A DNA stretch of 64,000 nucleotides from Alphaproteobacteria bacterium (lineage in GTDB: Bacteria > Pseudomonadota > Alphaproteobacteria > CAAHEQ01 > UBA3637). Where the stretch lies: contig JAZUQR010000026.1 of NCBI GenBank assembly GCA_045605805.1, forward strand, positions 11,316-75,315. The letters run 5' to 3'. This document shows, in pieces, positions 19,291 through 29,598 of the stretch. Numbering within the stretch: the stretch's first letter is position 1; each line of letters starts with the position of its first letter. Made by a program: the position numbers and the translations under genes. The notes below the pieces were generated by a model. That model saw nothing but the letters and a program-made list of their open reading frames with translations, searched no databases and had not been told where the DNA came from.

Positions 19291-21243
19291 TTAAAAGAAA
19301 CTGTATGGATCAATGTCAATGCGCACATCAACAGACGGATGTATTTTAACCTGTTTTAACCATTTTTGCAACAGATTTTGAATTTTAATTTGTTTATCGG
19401 CTTTAATCAAAATGCGATAGCGGTGTTTGTCCCGCAATTTTGCAATGGGAGCAACCACCGGCCCCAACACATCTAATCCTTCCATAAAAGGTGCTTTTTG
19501 TGTAATCGTTTTGGCGGTTTGATATGTTTTTGCATTGTCCTTACCACTGATAATCAAACCCACCAATTTGCCATAGGGTGGCATTTTCAACAACTGTCTG
19601 GATATCATTTCTTCTTGTAAAAAAGTGTTGCGGTTGTTTTCCTGTAAAGCCTTCAAAATAAGGTTGTCAGGGGAATAAGTTTGTAAAAGAGCTAGGCCTT
19701 GTTTGGCTTCACGACCAGCCCGTCCCATCACTTGGTTCAGTAATTGGAAGGTACGTTCACCGGCCCTTAAATCGCCACCCGATAAACTCATATCGGCATC
19801 CACAACCCCCACCAAAGTCAGGTTGGGAAAGTGATGTCCTTTGGCCAACATCTGTGTCCCAATTAAAATATCAATCATACCATTGTGGATTTTTTCCAAC
19901 AAAGCCTCAAACTCGTTCAAAGAAGATAAAGTATCCGAAGTAATTTGGGCTATCCGAGCGTTGGGAAACAGGGTCAAAACTTCTTCGGCCAACCTTTCCA
20001 CACCAGGGCCACACGCCACAAGTGTATCCTTTTCATGACAGCAAGGACATTCCGATGGTGTTTTTTTTGAATAGCCACAGTGATGACATTGAACAAGGCC
20101 GGCTTTTCTGTGTTCAGTCAGCCACGCACTGCAATGCGGACATTGAAGTCTGGCCCCGCACGCCCGACACAACACAAGGGGCGCATAGCCACGCCTGTTG
20201 ATAAATAATAACGATTGCTCGCCCAAAGCCATCTTTTCGGCCAAAGCCTCTTGCAAGCGTTTGGAAATAAACTTCACAGGGCCTTTTTCCTTGTGGCGCA
20301 TATCAACCAAATCAATTTGTGGTAAGCTGGCACCCGCAAAGCGTTCCGGTAAATGAATGTGCTTATAACGCCCATCAACAGCATTGCAATAAGTCTCCAA
20401 ACTGGGGGTCGCACTGGCCAATATCACAGGACAGGGCGTTTGACTTGCCCGAACAATCGCCATATCTCGGGCATTATATAACACACCATCTTCTTGTTTG
20501 AACGAGGCATCATGTTCTTCGTCCACAACAATCAAGCCTAAATCCTTAAACGGCAGGAATAAAGCCGATCTTGCCCCCACAACAACCTGAGCCGTTCCTG
20601 CACGCACAGCCTCCCAAGTATCACGCCTTGTTTTTGGGGTAATGGATGAATGCCATAAAGCAGGTTGAACACCAAAGCGTTTTTCAAAACGATTCAACCA
20701 TGCTGTCGTTAAAATAATTTCGGGTAAAAGAACCAAAACCTGCTTGCCTTGTTCAAAGGCTTGTGACAGAGCTTCAAAATACACTTCTGTTTTACCGGAG
20801 CCGGTCACACCATCCAGCAAAGCCACTTGAAATCCTTTCAATGAGAGCAGTTGCCGTATGGCTTTTTCTTGTGCCAGAGAAAAAGAAAGAGTTGAAAATT
20901 GTGGGTTGGGCGGTAAAAAAACAGTGGGCTTTTTGCTTGTTTTTTCAATTTCGGGATGTAATGCCATCTTCAAAACAGCCCCCGCCACACTCATGGTATA
21001 ACCGGCCACCCAATTGATAAATTGAATGGTTTTAGGCGGTAAAGGTGGCAAAGGTAAAACCTCCAAAATCGGTTTTAATTTGTCCTGTGGAAAGTCTAAA
21101 TCAGGCTTTTTGTCCCACACAATGCCCATCAACTTTTTTTTGCCCAAAGTCGCCCGCACAAAAGTGCCAACAGGCAAATCACAATCATGCCTGTATTCAT
21201 AACACCCCAAAGCCACAGGGAACAAAACCGAAAGTCGTTGCAT
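19291..21243 (-). CDS. priA: Primosomal protein N' (short 650-aa form)
   Basis: GVTGSGKTE, DEEH, SATPS, CxxC zinc motifs, KGHHFP. Confidence 0.97.
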   Translation of the reverse strand: MQRLSVLFPVALGCYEYRHDCDLPVGTFVRATLGKKKLMGIVWDKKPDLDFPQDKLKPILEVLPLPPLPPKTIQFINWVAGYTMSVAGAVLKMALHPEIEKTSKKPTVFLPPNPQFSTLSFSLAQEKAIRQLLSLKGFQVALLDGVTGSGKTEVYFEALSQAFEQGKQVLVLLPEIILTTAWLNRFEKRFGVQPALWHSSITPKTRRDTWEAVRAGTAQVVVGARSALFLPFKDLGLIVVDEEHDASFKQEDGVLYNARDMAIVRASQTPCPVILASATPSLETYCNAVDGRYKHIHLPERFAGASLPQIDLVDMRHKEKGPVKFISKRLQEALAEKMALGEQSLLFINRRGYAPLVLCRACGARLQCPHCSAWLTEHRKAGLVQCHHCGYSKKTPSECPCCHEKDTLVACGPGVERLAEEVLTLFPNARIAQITSDTLSSLNEFEALLEKIHNGMIDILIGTQMLAKGHHFPNLTLVGVVDADMSLSGGDLRAGERTFQLLNQVMGRAGREAKQGLALLQTYSPDNLILKALQENNRNTFLQEEMISRQLLKMPPYGKLVGLIISGKDNAKTYQTAKTITQKAPFMEGLDVLGPVVAPIAKLRDKHRYRILIKADKQIKIQNLLQKWLKQVKIHPSVDVRIDIDPYSFF

Positions 21244-21287
21244 TTTGTTTTATTTTCCTTTACGATATAATAATAAGGATACACAAA

Positions 21288-22247
21288 ATGACACAAGAAT
21301 TCAAGTCTTTCTCAATAACCACAGATAAAAAGTTGCAAGCCAAAATCAATGATTGGCAAAAATACCTGTTGTCCGAAAGGCGCTTGTCCGAAGCAACAGG
21401 AAGTTCATATTTGTTTGATTTGAAAAAGTTTTTTTCTTTTTTGTATGAACATTTTTCCCAACAAATTACCCTAAAAGAGTTGCAAGAATTAACGCTGGTT
21501 GATTTTCGCTCATTTTTGGTGTGGCGATCGGCACAAAAAATATCCCGCACCAGCATGGCCCGAGGCGTGTCCTCGCTTAAAAACTTTTTTCGTTTTTTGA
21601 TGCAAGAAGGCAGTGTCCAAAATAAAGAAATTATGGCCTTAAAGTCGGCCAAAGTGCCACACAGTTTGCCCCATCCGCTTTCGGCAGAAAAGGCAAAGCA
21701 ATTTTTGGCATTGGCCAAAGAAATGGCCAACGAACCATGGGAAGGCTATCGTGACAAAGCCCTTTATACTTTGTTGTATGGGGCAGGTTTAAGAATTGCC
21801 GAAGCCCTGTCCTTGAATGTAAAAGATGTCACCCAGAATACAGATGCTTTAAGAATTATCGGTAAAGGAAAAAAAGAAAGGCTTGTCCCCTTGTTGCCCC
21901 CAGTGTTGCATGAATTAAAAATCTATTTGAATCATCATCCGCACCCTATGCCAAATGAACCGTTGTTTGTGGGAACAAGGGGCGACAGAATCAACCCTGG
22001 TGTTGTGCAACGCAATGTGCGTAAAATAAGGCATGCAATGGGATTGCCAAGCACCGTTACACCGCATGCTTTTCGTCACAGTTTTGCCACGCATCTTTTG
22101 CAAGGGGGGGGTGATTTAAGAAGTGTTCAGGAATTGTTGGGGCACAGCTCACTGTCGGCTACCCAACGCTATACCGAAATCACAACAGAACACCTTGAAA
22201 AAGTTTATGCCAAAGCGCATCCCCGAGCCAATATCAAAGAAGATTAG
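21288..22247 (+). CDS. xerC: Tyrosine recombinase XerC
   Basis: LYGAGLRIAE, TPHAFRHSFATHLL, LLGHSSLSATQRYT; housekeeping context. Confidence 0.85.
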   Translation: MTQEFKSFSITTDKKLQAKINDWQKYLLSERRLSEATGSSYLFDLKKFFSFLYEHFSQQITLKELQELTLVDFRSFLVWRSAQKISRTSMARGVSSLKNFFRFLMQEGSVQNKEIMALKSAKVPHSLPHPLSAEKAKQFLALAKEMANEPWEGYRDKALYTLLYGAGLRIAEALSLNVKDVTQNTDALRIIGKGKKERLVPLLPPVLHELKIYLNHHPHPMPNEPLFVGTRGDRINPGVVQRNVRKIRHAMGLPSTVTPHAFRHSFATHLLQGGGDLRSVQELLGHSSLSATQRYTEITTEHLEKVYAKAHPRANIKED

Positions 22248-22585
22248 TCTAAATAAAACTCTTTTTCCGTTGCTTCCACAGGACATCTGTTGCCACGAAA
22301 TTGCCAATCAATCACAATGCCTTCGTCTGTATAAACAACAAAATCGCAATAATAAACATAATTGTTCACACCCTTGCGTAAAAAACTTTGCTGTTCATAA
22401 TGATATTCACGAATACCCCAATTATCCACAAATTGTTTGGTTGGCACACCAAAATTGTCATACAAAGACGCCACCGTTTGCCCATGATAAATCGTTGCTC
22501 GTTCAACATCAATGGGAAGGGATTCGCTGACACGACAGGCAGATAATAAAGCCAACAAAGAAAAAATAAATGTCTTCCTTATCAT
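22244..22585 (-). CDS. Small lipoprotein
   Basis: MIRKTFIFSLLALLSAC lipobox; the longer ORF overlaps queA, so start placed at 22585. Confidence 0.75.
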   Translation of the reverse strand: MIRKTFIFSLLALLSACRVSESLPIDVERATIYHGQTVASLYDNFGVPTKQFVDNWGIREYHYEQQSFLRKGVNNYVYYCDFVVYTDEGIVIDWQFRGNRCPVEATEKEFYLD

Positions 22586-22673
22586 AAAGATATTGTAAGT
22601 ATTTTTTTTGCCTTGTTCAAGAGTTTTTTTGTTTTTGCTTGAAAAAAATGAAAAATCAAGTATAATAACGGCC

Positions 22674-23705
22674 ATGAAAACACAAGTTTTTGATTTTGAT
22701 TTGCCCCAAGAATTGATTGCCAATAAGCCATGCGAACCACGGGACGCAGCCAGATTGTTGCATATTGAGCAGGATAAATTGACAGATGGCACAATGGCCA
22801 ATTTGGTGGATTGGTTAAAGCCAACGGATGTATTGGTGTTTAATGATACCAAAGTCATTCCTGCCCGTTTATATGGAATGCGTGGCTCAGCGCAAATAGA
22901 AATGACGCTTTTCAAGCAAATAGACTTATCAACATGGGAAACACTGGTGAAAAATGCCCGTCGTCTGCGTGTGGGGGATGTTATCCGCTTTTCCGATGCG
23001 TTTGAAGCAACAGTGATACAAAAAACAGAAAAAGGCTCGGTCCTTGTTTGCTTTAACAAAAGGGGTGTGGATTTGTTTGCCGAATTGCATAAAGTTGGGA
23101 CAATGCCCTTGCCACCCTATATCAAACGCTTGCGGGGCGGTTTAGATTCGGACAAGGCCGACTATCAAACAATGTATGCGTGTCATGAAGGGGCGGTGGC
23201 AGCCCCAACGGCAGGCCTTCATTTTACCCAGCGGTTATTTGACGCCTTGGAACAAAAAGGCATTCAAAAAGAGTTTGTCACCCTTCATGTGGGGGGAGGC
23301 ACTTTTTTACCGGTAAAGGTGGAAGATACAGACCATCACCAAATGCATGCGGAATATGGTATTATCACACAAGAGGTGGCCGAAAGATTGAATGAAGCAC
23401 ATGCGCATGGCGCAAGAATCATTCCTGTTGGTACAACTTCATTGCGCTTGTTGGAATCGGCTGCCGATGAAAACGGAATGATTCATCCATTTGCCCAAGA
23501 AACATCTATTTTTATCACCCCAGGCTATCGTTTTAAGGCCATAGATGCACTGTTCACCAACTTTCATACACCCAAATCAACACTGTTTATGTTGGTCAGT
23601 GCGCTGGCAGGGTTGGACACAATGCAAAACGCATATAAACACGCCATAGAAGAAAGATATCGTTTTTTCTCCTATGGCGATGCGTGTTTAATTGAAAAAC
23701 AATAA
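22674..23705 (+). CDS. queA: S-adenosylmethionine:tRNA ribosyltransferase-isomerase
   Basis: FDFDLPQELIA, VFNDTKVIPARL, AAPTAGLHFT, YRFFSYGDA. Confidence 0.97.
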   Translation: MKTQVFDFDLPQELIANKPCEPRDAARLLHIEQDKLTDGTMANLVDWLKPTDVLVFNDTKVIPARLYGMRGSAQIEMTLFKQIDLSTWETLVKNARRLRVGDVIRFSDAFEATVIQKTEKGSVLVCFNKRGVDLFAELHKVGTMPLPPYIKRLRGGLDSDKADYQTMYACHEGAVAAPTAGLHFTQRLFDALEQKGIQKEFVTLHVGGGTFLPVKVEDTDHHQMHAEYGIITQEVAERLNEAHAHGARIIPVGTTSLRLLESAADENGMIHPFAQETSIFITPGYRFKAIDALFTNFHTPKSTLFMLVSALAGLDTMQNAYKHAIEERYRFFSYGDACLIEKQ

Positions 23706-23706
23706 A

Positions 23707-24399
23707 TTATTTTTGCAATTTTGACAAAATGACAACATTGGTTGCAATTAAAAGCATCACAGTAAACCATGGGTTAAGCATTACATTTGCTGTGAAGATT
23801 GAAACAAAATACAGCGCAACCAAAGGAATGACAAAGGTCAATGAGGTCACACGCCATGCCTTGTGATTGCCCAAGTCCAACGCAAGCAGTTTGGCAAACA
23901 ACATGGTGAACAACAGCGTAATAAAATAAAACGCAACGGCAAAAACAACCCAAAGGATAAGGGTAATAGCAAAAACACCCCATAAACCATAGCGGATGGC
24001 TTGACGAATTGTATCAGGTGAAACAATCATGTCCTCAGTTAAAGGTGTTTTGTCTAAACGAGTGCCATTTTCGGAAACCATAAACAAAGCATTTTTGGTA
24101 AGATACAGCCCATTTGGAATGCCAGCCGGCAATGTTTCCACACTGGAATCAATAACAAACGGTACTTGTGGGGCAATCATCGTAGCAAAACGAATGTTTG
24201 GTTCTTGAATAGCCCCATCTTTAATGGAAAAAGTTGGCACTGAATCAATCAATTTTGTAATGGCAGCAGAATGAAAAAATTGATTCCCCATTTGGCGGGT
24301 AACAGTGGCAACCAAAAGCCCAGAAACAAAAATTAAAATAAAAATAAAAAGAAAACCACGGTTTTTGGCGTTTTGCAAATAATTGACAAGTTTGTTCAT
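23707..24399 (-). CDS. Membrane protein (DUF1189-like)
   Basis: TM-periplasmic-TM topology. Confidence 0.6.
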   Translation of the reverse strand: MNKLVNYLQNAKNRGFLFIFILIFVSGLLVATVTRQMGNQFFHSAAITKLIDSVPTFSIKDGAIQEPNIRFATMIAPQVPFVIDSSVETLPAGIPNGLYLTKNALFMVSENGTRLDKTPLTEDMIVSPDTIRQAIRYGLWGVFAITLILWVVFAVAFYFITLLFTMLFAKLLALDLGNHKAWRVTSLTFVIPLVALYFVSIFTANVMLNPWFTVMLLIATNVVILSKLQK

Positions 24400-24533
24400 A
24401 TAAAACCTCCTGAAAAAAATATGTATACATCATTATAAGCAAAAAAAGAGGATATAAGTCAAGAGATTTTGTAAAAAAAAATTGTATGCTTCATTTTTTA
24501 ATGATAAAATAGTTTATATCAAAGGAGTCAAAC

Positions 24534-24938
24534 ATGGATAAAAAACGGATAACTGTCACCGCTGGAATCATTGAATATGAAAACAAGATTTTAATTGCCG
24601 AACGACGCAAAGATAAATCTTTGGGTGGTTTGTGGGAGTTTCCTGGTGGTAAAATTGAACAGGGCGAAACTTGCCCCGAAACGCTGAAACGGGAAATTAA
24701 AGAAGAGTTTGATATTGAAATTGAAGTGGGTGAGTATGTGATGGAACACATCTTTGAATATCCCACCTTCTTCTTGAAAATGTATGTTTATAAAGCCACA
24801 TGGAACGGCCAAGGCACAATTCGGATTTGTGACCACGAACAATATCGCTTTGTCACATTGGATGAAATGGCCAATTTTGAATTTGCCGGTGCTGATGTGC
24901 CAGTCATTGAGTTTTTGAAAAACAATCAAAAATCTTGA
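24534..24938 (+). CDS. MutT/NudG-like NUDIX hydrolase
   Basis: WEFPGGKIEQGETCPETLKREIKEE. Confidence 0.92.
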   Translation: MDKKRITVTAGIIEYENKILIAERRKDKSLGGLWEFPGGKIEQGETCPETLKREIKEEFDIEIEVGEYVMEHIFEYPTFFLKMYVYKATWNGQGTIRICDHEQYRFVTLDEMANFEFAGADVPVIEFLKNNQKS

Positions 24939-24954
24939 ACAAAAAAAGGGGGGA

Positions 24955-25897
24955 TTGATGAGATTAGGATTATTCAAATTGCGCAACCGCTTCATTAAAG
25001 CCTATGATGAAGGGTGGTTGCCCCCATGCGATGGACATGAAATACATTATTATCAGGTGGGTAATCCATCAGGTGAAGTGGTCATTCATTTTCATGGTGG
25101 GCCAGGGGGTAGTGCAAAGCCAAGCAGAGCCAGCACCTATAATTTGAAAAAACAAAGAATTATTATGTTTGACCAACGAGCCTGTGGCCAATCAAGATAT
25201 CAAGAGGCGTTTTATAAAAACACCCCACAGGATACAGTCAAAGACTGCCAATCGTCTGTTAAAGGCTTTGAAGATAAAGGGGAAAGTGGTGTCGGCCGGT
25301 GCGTCTTTTGGGGCAACATTGGCGGTGTTGTTTGCCCAAACATATCCCCAAAAAATCAAGCGGTTATGTGTGAATAGTGTCTTTTTGGGCCGACAAAAGG
25401 ATGTGGAAAATATGACGCCTGTGTCAGATTTATTCTATCCGGATGCGGTGGCACAAGTGAAAAAACAAGTAAAAGGAAAAAACTTAAATAAAAGCTATGC
25501 CCAATTGGTTTTTAGTAAAAAGCAATCAGATAATGAAAAAGCATTGCGTTATTTTGCTCACTTGGAACGCATGGCAGGCGGTGGAGCATTAAAGGTTGAT
25601 TTTCCAAAAACATCCTTTACGGAAAAAGATGTTCATCGCTTTCGGGTTTATATGCATTATGTCAAGAATAATATGTTCTTAAAGCCCAATCAATTGATAA
25701 AAGAGGCCACAAAAATAAAACATATTCCGGCTGAGATTTTTCAAAATCGCCTGGATTTTTGCTGTCCGCCCTATCAAGCATGGGAATTACATCAAGCATT
25801 GCCAAAATCAAAATTGACCCTTGTGGCTGATAAAGGACATGGAAGCACTTTAATGGGGTATCTGATGTATCTGGGTAATAAAGCAAGAAAGTATTAA
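24955..25897 (+). pseudogene. pip: Proline iminopeptidase, frameshifted by one extra base near 25246
   Basis: HGGPG and FDQRACG in first frame; GASFG nucleophile, LDFCCP and GH in second frame. Confidence 0.8.
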
Positions 25898-25968
25898 GGT
25901 TATTTCTCTGTGCGATTTGCTTGACTTTTTCCCATAAAAAGAATATCCTTGTGCAAAACGAGGGAAAA

Positions 25969-27354
25969 ATGAAAGATATCAATCACAATCTGTTTGAAAA
26001 AGCGGGGGTTCAAAAGGCCTTTTGGACTTTGGTTTTGCCAACGATTATAAGCCAATTGATTGGTGTTGTGTATAATATGACCGATTCTTTTTGGATTGGG
26101 CAAATGAATATACCGGCCCAAATTGCTGCCGCCACAATATGCGTGCCAACCTTTTTGTTTATATTGGGTATAGCCAACTTGTTCGGCATAGGTGGGGCCA
26201 GTCTGATTGCCCGCTGTTTGGGTAAAAAAGAATTGAATAAAGCCAAATCGGCCTGTGCGTTCAGCCTTTGGTCTGCCATTGGCATCGCTGTGTTTTATGG
26301 CATTACTTTCGCTTTTTTTGAACAGCCAATTCTGTTTGCCATTGGGGCAACACCGGAGACATATATTTATTGCCAGCAATATGTTTTGTGGACGGTGATT
26401 ATTGGTTCCATACCAGCCACATTAAGCACCGTTTTTGCCCATCTTGTGCGCTCGGAAGGATATGCCAAACAAGCCAGTATAGGGATGATTTTTGGGCTTA
26501 TTTTGAACATTATTTTGGATCCGATTTTCATCTTCTTCTTAAAAATGGAAATAACAGGGGCAGCCTTGGCCACTTTCTTGTCAATGTCTGCCGGATGTGG
26601 GTATTTTTTGTGGTTTATGTCCCATTTGCCCAAAGCAAGTGTTTTAACAATATCTCCACGCTATTATCGGGCAGGGGATAAAATAGCATCCGAAGTGTTG
26701 TTGGTGGGGTTTCCCAGTGCATTGATGAGTTGGATGGCAATGCTGTCCGGAGTTGTGTTAAATGTTTTAACGGCCAGTTATTCCACCGTTGTGGTGGCTG
26801 GCATGGGCATCGCTAAACGCTTGGATATGGTCATTTTTGCCATTTCTAATGGAATAGGGCAAGGTGTTTTGCCATTGATTTCCTATAATTATGCCGCCAA
26901 AAACTATGCACGCATGAAAGCGGCCATTAAAATAACATTGCTTTACAGTGTGTGCTTTGCTTTTTTAATTACGGGCTATTTGTTTTTCGGGGCCCATTGG
27001 ACAACACAATTGTTTATTGAAGATGCCGAAACGGTGGCGTACGGCAAACAGTTTTTGCAAATCATTTGTTTAACTTGTCCGTGTGTCGCCATTACATTGG
27101 TGATGATGACAATCTTCCAAGCCGTTGGTAAAAAAGCACAACCCACCCTGTTGTCGCTGGTGCGCAAAGGGGGGTTGGATATCCCATTGATGTACGGCCT
27201 GAATGCGGTGATGGGTGTGACAGGTATTGCATGGGCTATTCCTGTGGAAGATGTGTTGGCTATGTTGATTGCGATCGGCTTGTTTATTCCATTTTGGCAC
27301 TCTATTCAAAAAGAAGAATGTCTTGAAACAAAAAAAGAACAACAGAAAGGATAA
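25969..27354 (+). CDS. MATE family efflux transporter
   Basis: About 12 TM; NIILDPIFIF..GAALAT; SYNYAAKNYAR. Confidence 0.93.
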   Translation: MKDINHNLFEKAGVQKAFWTLVLPTIISQLIGVVYNMTDSFWIGQMNIPAQIAAATICVPTFLFILGIANLFGIGGASLIARCLGKKELNKAKSACAFSLWSAIGIAVFYGITFAFFEQPILFAIGATPETYIYCQQYVLWTVIIGSIPATLSTVFAHLVRSEGYAKQASIGMIFGLILNIILDPIFIFFLKMEITGAALATFLSMSAGCGYFLWFMSHLPKASVLTISPRYYRAGDKIASEVLLVGFPSALMSWMAMLSGVVLNVLTASYSTVVVAGMGIAKRLDMVIFAISNGIGQGVLPLISYNYAAKNYARMKAAIKITLLYSVCFAFLITGYLFFGAHWTTQLFIEDAETVAYGKQFLQIICLTCPCVAITLVMMTIFQAVGKKAQPTLLSLVRKGGLDIPLMYGLNAVMGVTGIAWAIPVEDVLAMLIAIGLFIPFWHSIQKEECLETKKEQQKG

Positions 27355-27356
27355 CA

Positions 27357-28100
27357 ATGAATACAAAAGCCCAACAGCTAAGCCAAGAAATAGAAGTACG
27401 TTATTCGGATATGGATTTGGATAAGAACTTGAAAATGACTTCTGTTTTAAGTTTTTTTCAAGATATTGCAACCGCAAGTGCCGAAAAACTTGGTTTTGGT
27501 CATAGCTATACCTTTCCCAAAAAGATGATGTGGGTCCTGTTGAAATATCGCATAGAAATCAAAGAGTACCCAACCGAACGGGCAAAGTTGACTCTGATAA
27601 CCGAACCAAGAGGATGTAATAAGTTTTTTGCTTTTCGTAATTTTCAATTATTTGAACAGAATCGCTTGATTGCGCAAGCCTCGTCAACTTGGGCGTTGGT
27701 CAATTTTGAAACAATGGAGATTATAGGTGTGGAAAACGCCTGTGCCGAAGTGCCAACAATGCAAAAGTTTGTGCCAAACGAAACAGATTTGAAATATGAT
27801 AAAATCCCCCCTTTAACACAAACAGATTATGAAGAAACATTTACCGTACGCTATGCCGATTTGGATATCAACCATCACGCCAATAATACCCGCTATATTG
27901 AATGGGCGTTGGAACCGCTGCCATATGAATATAAAAGACAACATAAATTAAAAAATGTGGATATCGTTTATAAAAAAGAAATTAAATATGGGGAAAAATT
28001 GGTGTCCAAAGTTCAAATGGTGGATGAAAAAACTACAGTGCATGTGGTGCAAAATGCCGAAAATGGCCAAGATTTGTGCTATCTGAAATGCGAATGGTAA
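27357..28100 (+). CDS. Acyl-ACP thioesterase (double hotdog)
   Basis: VRYSDMD, VRYADLDINHHANNTRYIEW. Confidence 0.9.
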   Translation: MNTKAQQLSQEIEVRYSDMDLDKNLKMTSVLSFFQDIATASAEKLGFGHSYTFPKKMMWVLLKYRIEIKEYPTERAKLTLITEPRGCNKFFAFRNFQLFEQNRLIAQASSTWALVNFETMEIIGVENACAEVPTMQKFVPNETDLKYDKIPPLTQTDYEETFTVRYADLDINHHANNTRYIEWALEPLPYEYKRQHKLKNVDIVYKKEIKYGEKLVSKVQMVDEKTTVHVVQNAENGQDLCYLKCEW

Positions 28101-28183
28101 AAGTGTGACATCAAGGAAAAGGTAAAAATAGGAAAATAATCCTTTGCTTTTTCTTCAAAATGTGCTATACTTCGTTTCGGTTA

Positions 28184-28354
28184 GGGTGACCAGTCAGATT
28201 TCAAAAGTGACCAGCCCCCGATTTTTGAAAATAGTATAAGTATTTGATATTACTGTATTTTTATGCGGCCAGTGACGAGACCGATTTTTTCTGTTTCGCT
28301 AAAAAAATGGCGCGGCTTGTGTCCCCGAATATGAATTATCACCAGGAAGGATCC
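28184..28354 (-). other. cos-like packaging-site sequence, copy A, with GTGACCAG repeats
   Basis: 60/69 ungapped identity to 46025-46093; minus strand GGATCCTTCCTGG...GGGGACACAAGC-CGCG. Confidence 0.55.
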
Positions 28355-28418
28355 GGTGGCATATTTCCCCCCTAAAAAGGATTGGCTCTCTATACCCAAA
28401 CGGCAGTTATGGCCATGT

Positions 28419-28751
28419 TCATATCTGTTGGATTTCAATCCCCAGCACGCCATATTTTTGTTGAGAATCAGGTGTATAAAATTCTTGTAAAACCGTAATC
28501 AATTCTTCTTTGGATGTAAAACCTGCCTGTTCCGGTGTGATAATTTGGCATAGTTTATCAAAACTTTCGGCCCTGTGCAGGTTTATGACCCGAGCAACAA
28601 AGGAATCATTTGTATCAGATAAATTAGAAAACACAATCTTATCCCCTATTTTTATTTGTTGCCTTTTTTCGTCAAACAACCTAAGCTCAACAACTTTTTT
28701 ACCTGATTTTAACAGATTGTAATACTTTGTTTGGACTTTCATATGATGCAT
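28419..28751 (-). CDS. ASCH domain protein
   Basis: YYNLLKSGKKVVELRLFDEKRQQIKIGDKIVF, YGVLGIEI. Confidence 0.9.
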   Translation of the reverse strand: MHHMKVQTKYYNLLKSGKKVVELRLFDEKRQQIKIGDKIVFSNLSDTNDSFVARVINLHRAESFDKLCQIITPEQAGFTSKEELITVLQEFYTPDSQQKYGVLGIEIQQI

Positions 28752-28823
28752 AATTTTTCTCCTTGAAAAGACTTATATTTTAAGATATACTATAAAAAAC
28801 AGTATGCATTAAAGGATACAAAT

Positions 28824-29348
28824 ATGCAAATAAAAACTTTTCATTCTTTTCACAAAGAGCATAAAAAGTTATACGAAGATATTTTAAGTTTAACTTATTC
28901 TGTCAATGATACTTACCCACAATATTCAACTTGGTTTAAAGAAAAGTTTTTACCAGACCTTAAAAATAAAAAAAGGATGTATATCGTTGCACAGGATGAA
29001 AGCGGAAAATTAGTTGGTTGTGTTTTGATTAAAAACACCGAAGAAGAAAAGAAAATTTGTACATTATTGGTTCATCCGGATTATCGCAAACAAGGTGTTG
29101 GTGAAAAACTGATGGAACAAACTTTATCAGAATTAGGTGAGCACCCTTTGATAACCGTTTCTGATAGAAATATAGCACAACTAACTCCTCTTTTAAGAAA
29201 AAAAGGTTTTCATTTATCGGCAGTTAAAAAAGGGGCTTATCGTCCAGAAGACACAGAGTATTATTTTAACGATAAAAAAGCAGATGCTATAAAAAACGGT
29301 CTTATTCCCGTTTTAATCAAAAGAATGAATAAATTACGTCAAAAATAA
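28824..29348 (+). CDS. GNAT acetyltransferase
   Basis: KICTLLVHPDYRKQGVGEKLM; divergent from ASCH gene. Confidence 0.88.
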   Translation: MQIKTFHSFHKEHKKLYEDILSLTYSVNDTYPQYSTWFKEKFLPDLKNKKRMYIVAQDESGKLVGCVLIKNTEEEKKICTLLVHPDYRKQGVGEKLMEQTLSELGEHPLITVSDRNIAQLTPLLRKKGFHLSAVKKGAYRPEDTEYYFNDKKADAIKNGLIPVLIKRMNKLRQK

Positions 29349-29376
29349 ATATTTTTCATCGCCTCATTTCAGGCAC

Positions 29377-29418
29377 GAAAAAAGCCCGTTTCAAACGGGC
29401 TGAATCTTAAATTGGTGG
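29377..29418 (-). repeat. 42-bp direct repeat (distal att): tRNA-Ala 3' CCACCA plus terminator hairpin
   Basis: gaaaaaagcccgtttcaaacgggctgaatcttaaattggtgg identical to 48686-48727. Confidence 0.93.
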
Positions 29419-29539
29419 TGTTACTTGATTTTTGAACGAAAAGGATGCATTTGTCCTTTGCTTTTGGGGCATTTTGCAAATGACTTGTATGCAAAAATAG
29501 TGTTGCTTATCGTCAAAAATGCACCTTTTCAAAATATAA

Positions 29540-29572
29540 GTTGATAAATCTGTAAATAAGAGCATGTATGGT
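29540..29572 (+). promoter_or_regulatory. Element-specific promoter-like motif, copy 1
   Basis: GTTGAT-N13-AGAGCATGTATGGT followed by GAAAGGAG RBS. Confidence 0.5.
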
Positions 29573-29598
29573 GATCTCCTCAATTGAAAGGAGAATAC

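Noticed and set aside
22104-22111. G8 tract in xerC as a phase-variation switch
   Set aside because: Encodes Gly codons in the conserved LLxxGxDLR region and is in frame
21288-22247. Tyrosine recombinase as the island integrase
   Set aside because: Typical XerC between priA and queA, 6 kb from the island; the island has its own serine recombinase remnant
29419-29530. Short inverted repeats next to the distal att as a structured ncRNA
   Set aside because: Stems are short and AT-rich; cannot be distinguished from chance or recombinase-binding arms
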